The notes beneath the pieces are model-generated. The model had not been told where the DNA came from. It was given only the letters and a program-made list of their open reading frames with translations, and did not search any database. From the NCBI GenBank assembly GCA_030704615.1, contig CM060734.1, positions 38,812,001-38,876,000 on the forward strand: 64,000 nucleotides of DNA, given 5' to 3'. The stretch comes from Takakia lepidozioides. Lineage: Eukaryota; Plantae; Bryophyta. A program made the position numbers and the translations under genes. Positions 1 through 10,049 of the stretch are shown here, one piece after another; position 1 is the stretch's first letter, and each line of letters opens with the position of its first letter.

Positions 1-3000
1 TTGATAGCATATTCACAAAATCAGGACATGTGCAATTGGGGAAATTGGAAACCGTGATGTCGTAGGTCCTGTCATGAACAGCAGATGTGGAAGTGATGAT
101 TGTGAATACCCGACCATATCCTGGATCGGGTACTTCCGTGGTGCTTCCGACACGAGCTTGGAGCATTCTTGCGGACTCCACTTTGCCAAAGTGTTCAGCG
201 GTTGGAGGGAAACGCCGAACGAGCTTTCCATCTCGTTTGGTTGGCCACAAGTCAGGATTTGCCGGGGGGACCCGGGAGGACGCAGAAGTAGTAGCACATG
301 CATGGAGTTGGGGTTGTCTCGCAAGGGAAAAACCTGCCTCCTCCAGCATTTCAATCTCCTGAAAGCTGAGATGTGTTCCCACCTTCACGGGCCAAACGGT
401 TGGAGGAGATGGCTTCATCACTACGGAAGGACGCACAGTTCCATGCACACATCTGGCACAATCATCTGCGCAGAACCAGAACTTGTGGTTCTTGGCTTCT
501 GGTTGACCGTATGGACGCATCAAGCCCGTGAAAGTCGGAGCAGGAGTTCGGGCACCACCTCTGGATATAGATGAAGTGCACTTCTCGAAATTAGTTGCCC
601 TGATCGCTGTACATTTCACACGAGACCCGACACTTGTGCGTTCTATGTGCCAAACGTGGTCGGGGCATGCGGACTCAAGCACATCAAGGGGGTTGTTTCT
701 CTCCTGCACCATTTCAGTGGCACGGTTTGATGCTGGAGCTTGCCGTCGTGTTGGAGGTTCCTCCACAATGGAGGTTCCGGACATGGAGCTGTCATGCAGG
801 GGAACACGAGGCTTCGAGAAGTTATCACGGTCTGCCTGTGGGAATCTGAATCCGAACCAGGTGGAGTGTTCAATTTCCTCTTACAGGAGCCGAATCTCTC
901 CTCCCCTTCAAGATGTGGAACTCTAGAAACAAGTGGCGTTCCCTGGGCATACATGCTCACCGCCCGTGCTATCTTGATTGGATCCCCAGATCTGTTTGCA
1001 GCACGCAACATCAACTCCCATTTGTCCGGACCCTTGCCACCAACCCCACCTCGTAAGAAATCACGGTATCGGGTTTGTTGTTGCAAGGCACGTATCAAAT
1101 CATCTGTTGTTGCCACATACAAATCCCGACCTCGTTTCCCAGACTGCTGCAACCATGCATTGTGCACAGTTTCTGCCAAATTGCAAGATGGCATGTCCGC
1201 CATTTCCTCAATGGACATGTTCTGCAAAGAGGATAACCACACTTCAGAATAGTGCACAGGAAACAACATAAAGAAAGCAATGAGTCAAAAATATGGAAAG
1301 CAAATGTATGAATAAAGCATGAAATAGAAGCCTCGTACCATTGTCATGGCTGCTCCCCACTGTCTATACCGGAAGTGCCAAAACGCCAGCCAATCTTCCA
1401 ATGCTCTCATACTCTCAAGTGATGCAGCTCCAGAAGAGAACCACCAGGCACGAATTGTCTGGAACAAAGTGTCCGCCTCCTTCATTGTTCTAGCATCTTT
1501 GTACTCTTTGCACAATTTACGGTGCTGAGTCTGCATCTCTGGTTTGATGTCCGACTTTGTATGTTTTTCCAGAGATTGTGTCCAATGGAATAGACATGTA
1601 CGCTCTCTTCCTGGCATAGGCACTTTTGGGTCGCCCGATCCGAAGACAATACGAACAGCATTGAAATTTGCTTGAGCACTATCCGCCATGAAACCTGCGA
1701 AATTTGGAGATGGCAGCCCATGGCAGCCCATGACACGTATCAGGGAATTCCACATGAGCTTCTGGGATTCCGTATCCTCGGATTGCATGTCACAAACTGC
1801 AATTGTCATAACTCGTTGGTACACTGGATCGTAGACATGACAAGCCATTGTCGTCCAATCCTTCACTCGTTTTACATGATCAAACATAAGAAAACAGTTC
1901 TGCAAGTCCCCAGTCTTCTGCATCCGCTTCACGAGGCTAACCCCACTGCCCTCCCCAACAGTCGACATTTTGAAAAGAAAAACTTTGATGGCACCTTGAC
2001 CTGGGAATACATTGTCCTGGATGTAATCGTACTTGCTCACTCATTTCAATTCCAAAATATTGTCTATGTAGCCTCTGATCCCAGAGCCCATTCTCAATGC
2101 ATTGATCTGATGCCGAATGTTAGGTGAACTTAAAGTGGAGAAATGATCCATGACCAGGTCCAACGCTGCACTGTCAAGTTTAGTCCCCACAGAATCTCCT
2201 TCACTCAAAATATGGCTTTCCAAGAAGGACTTGCTTGCGCCAAGAGCAATTGCAGATGTTGTTGCGGATGGGTTTCTCCCGAACTCCTGTTTGATCAACC
2301 TCGATACTGTCTCAACACTCTCCCTGTAATCCCCCTTCGAGACAGGATGGTTATGGAATCCAAAATGCACACAAGCTCTCGTCATTGTATTCAAACGGTG
2401 GACAACATAGTACATTCTTGCTCCGCAGAGCGCCAAGCAGGATGGCACAAGTTTGCAGAATTTGCAGACGAAAGTGTTTGCCGGTGGAGGGGCAGTCCCA
2501 GGCTGAAATGGATTTTCCGCCAGACCCTCCCATTCGCTTTGATTATGAACACCAGACTGAAGAAAGTGTCTGCAATTCAAATTATCACACCTAAGGTGTC
2601 CATTGCAAACTGTCCTCCTGAAAACAAGCTTGTCATCATTCTGAATATTGGATGTTTTTGTTCTGCACCACGGGTGCCCGTCGTGTTTCTTGTCCATTCC
2701 ATGCATCATGATTGTTACACCTCCAACTCGCGGAGGAGGAGGCAGCTCGAATAGGATATCGCCATCAAAAGTCTCCGGCAAGAACTTCACAGGCACCTGC
2801 TTCAAAGATTCCCAATCAATTCCCCGCAACTCACTTTTGAATCCAGCCATTCCTCCCATCGCCCGCAATTTTGGAATGACACTACAAATCTCTTCTTCAT
2901 CAGCTTCTGCAACCACAGTAGGAGGACTGGATTTGGAATTTCACTTATGTCATCATCGGAAGAATCCGAAAGCTCAACGATTGGAGTGGAGGAAGTCTGT

Positions 3001-3350
3001 TCTTTTTTCACCACCACCTCCCTCTTGTCTTCAACGACCGAAGCAGCAGTCCCGGGCGTCACATATGACCCAAGGGACTTTCGCCGAGGCTCTCCAAGTA
3101 CTCTGTATCGACCAGGACGCACTCTCCACTGGCTGATATGAGCCGTCTCATCACGGTTTTGGAAAGAATATTTCACCAACTTCCCTTTCAGATCGTAAAC
3201 CTCTTTCTCCAAAAAGATGGAGCCATTCTGCAGCTGAAAATGGGTAGCCAAGACATGTTCCAGAACAATTGCAAATCCATTGTCAAGGACTTCCTGGGAG
3301 AACGGCACTGGTTTGTCGTCTAAGAAGAACTCCGCTTCAGAGGAAGCCAT
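1..3350 (-). pseudogene. Mutator-like (MULE) DDE transposase with N-terminal GCM-like Zn domain and C-terminal SWIM finger; disrupted; runs off the left edge
   Basis: Joined ORFs 2802..3350, 2041..2916, 1285..2040, 643..1269 plus a shifted frame to position 1. GCM-like region DGHPWCRTKTSN..CNGHLRC..CKFC..C..GFHNHP. MULE core MFDH..FMADSAQA..RTCLFHW..CNLAETVH (D-D-CxxH-E). SWIM start YDITVSNFPNCTCPDF at ~10-60. GT-AG intron 1222-1338. In-frame TGA at 2041-2043 and frameshifts near 2920 and 833. Confidence 0.8.
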
Positions 3351-4283
3351 CTTCCTTCCTCGAGTATGTTTGTACCTTGCTATCGCAGATCTAGTGTAAA
3401 TCGGTTTACTGCTGTCTCCAGAACACAGTTGAAGAATGAGCAGAGAATATGGCGGAGGAAGCTCAGATAACGACTGTGCATATTCTGTTATTCATTCCAG
3501 ATATGCAGCCGTCCATTTTAATTACTTTTCTTGTGGGCCCAGTGGTCAGAGTATCCTAGGGGCAGTGTCGGCAACTGTTAAACCGTTAATCAGAACCTCA
3601 TCAATAAACCCAATAACAAAGCCGACTTCCTGGAAGCATGCCACAGGATCTGAGAATGGGATTGCAGATTAAGTAAATGTATCTATATACTACTACCAAT
3701 GATCATGCGCACCTGGAAAGTTCCAAATGTGAAACGAATGTGGGGTACTCGAAGTTGGGCCATTTGTTGATGACCGTGTATGATATTCCAAAATTTGTCA
3801 TCAAACTCTCGTTCATTTATATTTATTTGTTTAAGACTGCGCATCAATTTCTGGGATTCGCTGTTCTTTTAAATATTGAACCGTTATAATAAAGAACACG
3901 CCGTTTTTTTTGGGCGGCACACGTTGGAGAACACAGGGCCAAGGCAGCAGGTGAACGCGGAGACTGATTCACAAGAGCAGACGGAGACTGAGGCAGCGGC
4001 TGTGACATAGTCGGCGATAAGAGTGCGCCAGCCTGTGGAGGCAGAGATGATTCGCAGGGACACTGAAGAAGGTGGAAGCACGCGGAACGCCGAACCTGAA
4101 GAAGGTCAAGAAACCCTTGCGCAGACAGAAACTCCAGCAGATGTGAGAGGGAATAGGAAAGCTGTAGAAGGGGATCAAATTTCAAAACCTAAGAAGGTGC
4201 CAGTAAGTTTTATCATATAGTCTGTCTGATTGCCTTTCAAGGAGTCCTTCATCTTCCATTCTTTAGCAGGAACTACTGAATCG

Positions 4284-4600
4284 CGAGCGTCGTTAACGCC
4301 ATTCGATTCTCCTCATGAGATTTATGTACCTATGTGTTTGAAGAGAGAGTCTGCACTTACTATTCTCCCTAAACTACAATGAATGTCGTTGCCGCCAATC
4401 AGTTGCACATGTATGTCATTACACAACACCGATCGGCAGGTTGTTATCTTTTGTGATTGTCGTTAACGCCGTTCGCTATCGCTCTCGCTTTTGTTTTGAA
4501 TACGGCAGTCTCGGCTTTGCATGTGTAGATTGTGCTGAATTCTTTCACACCATTCATGGTGAGTTTCCTTGATACAGAGTGATGGTCGTACCGCCATTCA
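4284..4600. repeat. Four degenerate copies of the same palindrome in the first intron
   Basis: CGAGCGTCGTTAACGCCATTCG (4284), TGAATGTCGTTGCCGCCAATCA (4380), TGATTGTCGTTAACGCCGTTCG (4454), TGATGGTCGTACCGCCATTCA (4580). Confidence 0.8.
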
Positions 4601-6466
4601 CTATTTGCAAATCACTTAGTCAGAACTGAATGGCATCGTGCAGAAAACTGTGAGGTCGAAGCCTACAGGATCAGAGGGGAAAGGATCTGGAGATGGGGAC
4701 GAGTCCGCAAAAAGCTCAGAGAATACAGATGAAGCAGATGAATCCGAAGTGCACTACCTTGACAAGGTGAAAAGAACTCATGTCATTCCAGAAGGTAAAC
4801 TCTCAGGAGGTTATAAGGGACATGCTCGTATCTGGAGGGCGTCTGGACACCTCTGTGCGGATGATATCAATGCCTGTTGTGCGTCCACCTCTTTCCCATG
4901 ACATAACAAAATTGGAGAGTGATTTTGTGCATGGATATAGACTTGGTGCACAAGTTTTTTATGTGTCACTGACGGATATAAATGGGAAAAGCACATTAGT
5001 TTCTCCAGAGATCAGTGATAACTGGGATGAGTGCTGGAAAGATGCCAATGAGGAGTTCGAGCTGGGCCTCATGATGGGAAAGAACACCCAGCAATTCTGC
5101 AACCACATGTTCTACGTCTGGGACGGCAACCACCGATTGCTGGCATGGATGGGATACATTCAGAAAAAAACCATTCGAAAGACAAAGACAAGCATGTTGC
5201 TGTGGAGGCAATGGTTTTGGATCCAGGAAACGACATCGCTAGGCTTCTTACAGCTATGCACGACGTGAACAAGTAAGTCATCCAGGAGATTTCATTCCTC
5301 TGTAGTGTCTTGTTAATCCTCAAAAAACAGTGTTAAGGAATGCAATGTTTCCAATGTTTTTGCAGATCGACAGAGAAATCGCATGTGACAACAAGCTTGG
5401 TTCACACACTATTCCGAATTCAGAGGATTGGTCTGATGAAGCTGGATGATTTTCGGACAGTACTACCACCCAATATCATCAAGAAGTGCGAAACAGGAAG
5501 AGCTGCAGGCACTTGGTATTCTTTGACACGAGAGGCGTTTCTGGAGTACATGTATGCGGTAAGCCGAGGTCTGTAATCTGTTACTTTTCGAAATAATGTT
5601 TGTAGTCCCTTCGGAGCTAATCACTACTTGAATGAATGCAGCAAGAACTGGCAGAGGCAGCTGAGAGGGAAAATCCGAATATTACCGCACTACCAAGAGG
5701 GAACTAAGGACATCAAAGGGTGTGGAAGCTGCAATAAAGAAGGAGTTTGAGATGCGAAGAATCCAAATTGATGTCAGCCTTCGGAAAGCAGCTTAGAATA
5801 GTAGATCCTGGACTTGGTCCTGAGTTCCTTCAGCAGATCAAAACACACTATGACAAGCATGTGCATCCGGAGATGCAGCAGGAGAAATTGCACCGGCTGG
5901 CCATATCGATGGTCGACCCACAAACAAAAATAAGGTGGCTGGAGATATGGAACTCAGATCAAACAGTAAAGGACTTGAATCAGTTCCCAAAGAGCACCAT
6001 ACAGCCTGGCACAAAGGTGGAAGGAATCAGTGATTTGGTGTTGATAACTGGCTCCACAAGGCTACATTTGGAGTCAGGTGTGTATTCGAACATGTTGTTT
6101 CTTCTCTTCAAGTATGTGATGTATCTTTTTGCAATTCTGACAAATATACTATTTGCAGCTCGAAAAGCGCGCCGTCATTGTGCTGGATCAGACTTTGAAG
6201 GACCTGAACATTGCGATTGTTTCCCCTCCCCAAATGTCATTGGAGGCATACATAAGGAAGTGGAGAGGTCTCACCTGGAGATACTGTTTTTTTCCGGGAG
6301 TTCTCCAAAGATGGTAACATTTTACGGTCCAACGACTTTGACAGTCAGGTTGGAGGAGAGTGGGCCATGATGCGAGTTGTGTACAGGTGCAATGTCATAC
6401 TTGAAACTCTACTGTTTTTTTGGGAAAAAATGTGGCTTCATATGGATTGCAATCTTAGATCCAGAT

Positions 6467-7176
6467 TGAATGTCGTTGACGACATTCACTTCTTGTCTGA
6501 GTCATTCTTAAGCGAGTATATGAATTCACCTGGTTAGGATCTAAGGGTGCAATTATATTGTCCCTGATTAGAATTGATAATGTCCTTGAATGGCGTTGAC
6601 GACATTCACATACGGAGTTGTTGAGAGGTCCTCAGAGTTATTTAAATTTTTGTAATGTCCATAGAGGTTACAGTGAGGGTTCCTCACTTCATTTTGCTGA
6701 ATGTCAATGCAGACATTCAGTTGTTCTGCATTGTTTTTGCCTCTTGCGATGAATGGAGGCTTGATAAGCTCTGTTTTAAGAAATCCAAAGTGAATGTCGT
6801 TGACGACATTCACAGCTGTGTCTGTATTATTCAACAGCGACAAATTCAATTTACATGGATTGGGGAGCTAAGTAATTGGTTTTTTTTGTTTTGTGAATGG
6901 CGTTGACGCCATTCACATACAGTGATGTTGTGAGGTCCTCAGTGATAGGTTCGTTATGAATGTGCATTGAGTTTTCCTGGAGGGTTCCTTACTCAATTTT
7001 TTTATTTCCATCCTGTGATTTGCTTCATTAAGTAATAATTTGGCTTCATTCTTGAATGTCGTTGACGACATTCACTTCTATGTCTGTGTCATTTAAACGA
7101 TATTTGCATTCACCTGGATTAGGATGTATTTACAGTGTCATGAATGGAATGTTCTGAATGGCGTTGACGACATTCA
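6467..7176. repeat. Intronic array of seven 22-bp palindromes, consensus TGAATGTCGT-TG-ACGACATTCA
   Basis: Copies start at 6467, 6587, 6698, 6791, 6894, 7053 and 7155 (spacing 93-159 bp). Spacers are diverged but related in an alternating pattern. Confidence 0.95.
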
Positions 7177-9639
7177 TATCTGGAGCAGTAGTGTGGTCCT
7201 GAAAGGTCCTTGGAGCAGTTGTCAGAGCCATTTCAATCTATGTTTTATTCTTCTGTTCTACTTGCATCTTACTCACTGAGCGCTTTTGTGGGTTGGGATT
7301 TATCTCCTTTTTCAGGTACACGAAATATGTGCTTATGGAAGGAAATCACCTGAGCGGAATTCCGACTATCTTGACATGTGGTCGGACCCTGCAAACGATC
7401 CAACCATGTATACTGCAGGGATATTGAAGGACTGGAGTCCTTCTCACTTCAGAGACTGTGGGTGGTACCTTGACTGCCCACCTGAGCACACGACCTTTCA
7501 AGAACAGCATATGAAATACTTGAACAATAACGCTGAGATGCTGGCGCCTTTGACTGACGAAGAGTATCAACGAAACATAGCAACTTGGCTGCCAAGGAGC
7601 CTGATGCTCAGGGAACGCCGCAGAAGGGAAAGAAGGCGGGCCGCAAACCAAAAGACAAGGCTGTTGATGTCATAGCCATCTCACCAGCAAAGCCAAAGGA
7701 CAAAGACAAGTCCAAAGAGAAGGAAAAGGACAAGGGGAAGAGGAATGAAAAGGAGATGGAGAGTGGGCAGGACTTTACTGCTGGAAGATATACCCGCACT
7801 CTTCAGTGCGTGTTCGATGCCAAGCCACACCCTTCCCGTTCTGATTCAGCAGGAGAGATGAAAATTGTTAATGAGGGTTGGCTTTCGATGATGCAGAGTC
7901 GAAAGAGAGGATACACTGGGGTGCCATCCCCTACCTGGGACAATATAATCTCATTCCTCAATCTGGTGAGAATTCCAGTTTCTTTCCTTTTTCTCTGAAA
8001 GTTTCGTTGGCAGTATTTCAGTCTCGTTCTTTGAAAACATTCTTGCCATCGTTCTTATAAAAAACATGTCTGTTGCAGGTGAGCACAGGTCCCACCTTCG
8101 TGTGCGGTGTGCAGAAAACTTATGCGGCCGACATTGTCATTCTCGACATCCCGGATGGCCAGGCTGTGCCAGAAGTTCTTCCAAAGGGCAAGACGCCAGG
8201 CTGGAACAAATTCGAGGACAACTACTGGAGTTGGGTGTTCGGGTTCTGTAACAATTTCCTCTCTGATGCAGGGACACTTTGCTTTTTCAGTCATGTGACA
8301 ATGATAGTCGTCGGGCATTGGCATCACCTCAAGTCTTCAGGGTTTGAAGTTTTGCGCACATGGAATTGTGTGAACAGCCTCTACCTTGTGAAAGGGGGTT
8401 TCCCTGGTCAGCTGGTATGCCGTCTCCCTTCTGCTTGTGCTTTGATCATGAGTTTCAATTTTCTCTGCAGCTCCACTCTAGTAGAATGTTTTATGATCGA
8501 CACCGATCATCAACGATTCATGATTTTTTTGTGTCAGAGTTCTGAATAGCCGATGTACACACTTCCACTATAGATTGTGTTTACCACACTAACCTGCTAT
8601 CTTTGCAGACGAGGATGTTCGAGGCGATCTGCCTGCGGAGGATTCGCACATCAAAGACACCATCCTCCATCCGCAGCTTTGAGATTTCTGACCAGGGTTG
8701 TTTCGTCAAACCCCCCTATGAGCCCCATGTCGATGACATTTTGTACAACTTCATGCAGTCCAGTCAGACTCTGAAGAGACCAGATGGCACTCCCTGGAGA
8801 GGTGCAAAGGAAAAGTCACCAGCATTCATGCAAAATACTGCTGGAGTCATGCAGCCACCGCTCTGCACGGGTGGTCGATCTTTCTGTGTCCACAGGTTCG
8901 TTTTTCCCTTCCGAATTGGTTTCCTTTCAACAGTTTCATCTGCTTAAATCCCCCCCTCCAAAACTGTTCATGTTCTCCTGTCTGGTGCAGGAGCAACTTA
9001 CCACGCATGCAAGGCAGGCGGAAGAAGCCTTTTTGGCATGGAGGGTGATTCTGACCTCTACAACACCGTGCTCCTCCCCCTTTTGTCTGGCTCCACTTCA
9101 GGCACACAGACTGATCGGATTCAAATTCGAAATGATGACGATCCCGAAGATAAGCAGGTCGACAACGACTTTTCATGTGAGTAAGTGCTAAACCCTCTTT
9201 GGGAGTCATACTCAATTTCTCGATAACATCAAAGTTACAGTAATAACTTTTTCAGGCTGTCTTTCAGGAAAGGCAGCGGTGGATCTTCAGGAGATACAGT
9301 CATTTCTGGCGAGTCTGTTTTCGACAGCCCCCTTTCCAATTTTCTGCTCCCTGTTTATGCCGAAGCAATGGCACTTCACGCGGCCGAGTCCCTATCCCCT
9401 GACTTTTTAGTGGCCAGCCGTAGGTGTATCCAGCGTGGATCCGGTGTTAAAATACTTAGACTTAGATGCAGAGGAAGAGGGGATACATTGTACTGACTCT
9501 GAGTCAGACTGAACTGTATTCTTTTAATATTCATTTTCATATTATCTGGAAACGTTGAATCCCCTTCCTCCACCGTAGTTGTTCCTTTAGAACAAATAAT
9601 AATCACAGAATCAACTTTCGTTTAAATTGCTATATGTAT

Positions 9640-10000
9640 GAATCCATCTCACAAACCTTCCTGACTCTTCTCATATCCATTGTGCATTCATCTACACTGT
9701 ATTCATGCGTGCTCCATTCATGAAAGCTTCCTTTGTACAACATCCATTGTACATTCATCCTCTGTACTCTTTAATCCACCCCACAAACCTTCCACACTCA
9801 TTCATATACTTTGTGCATTCGTCAAAAGATTTGGTCATGCATCTTCCTGTCATGAATTTTTGTCATTGCTCAACATCCATTATACATTCATCCATTTTTT
9901 ACTCTTATCCATCCGTCATTCATCCATCTACATACATTTTTCACACTCATCCATCTGTTTATCATCCAACTGTACATTCATCCATCCTTTATTCAATGCC
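9640..10000 (+). repeat. Cluster of direct (TA)CATTCATCC-like short repeats (subterminal-repeat-like)
   Basis: About 8-10 copies, e.g. gtacattcatcc at ~9749 and ~9972, atacattcatcc at ~9882. Confidence 0.7.
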
Positions 10001-10049
10001 TTTTATTATGTCGTCCAGCTTGTTTCCGCGGTAAAGGGTGCCAATCCGC

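Larger units (their letters stand above)
3921..9184 (+). pseudogene. Multi-exon transposon accessory gene: ParB/Sulfiredoxin-like domain + Lys-rich linker + beta-class N4/N6 DNA methyltransferase-like domain; frameshifted
   Basis: About 10 GT-AG-bounded exons (approx. 3921-4196, 4644-5272, 5366-5558, 5642-6077, 6159-6387, 7316-7965, 8079-8414, 8609-8895, 8991-9184). FYVWDGNHRLLAW at ~5110-5150 matches the ParB/Srx DGxHR motif. ADIVILDIPD at ~8125-8155 occupies the motif IV position. KEKSPAFMQILLES..RVVDLSVSTG|ATYHACKAGGRSLFGMEGDSDLY matches motifs X, I and II when spliced across 8896-8990. Stop TAA at 9182-9184. Start codon uncertain. Confidence 0.72.
1..10010. mobile_element. Two-gene Mutator-like DNA transposon; left end outside the window, right end approximate
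   Basis: Divergent transposase and accessory gene with a similar level of decay, followed by a subterminal-type short-repeat cluster at 9640-10000. No TIR or TSD can be verified within the window. Confidence 0.55.

Noticed and set aside
74-3323. Plus-strand ORFs overlapping the transposase (e.g. 74..574, 740..1252, 2143..2754)
   Set aside because: They are antisense shadows of the minus-strand coding sequence and have no recognisable motifs.
6467-7176. CRISPR array
   Set aside because: The context is a eukaryotic intron with no cas genes. Spacers are 71-137 bp and homologous to one another rather than unique. Kept as a palindrome array instead.
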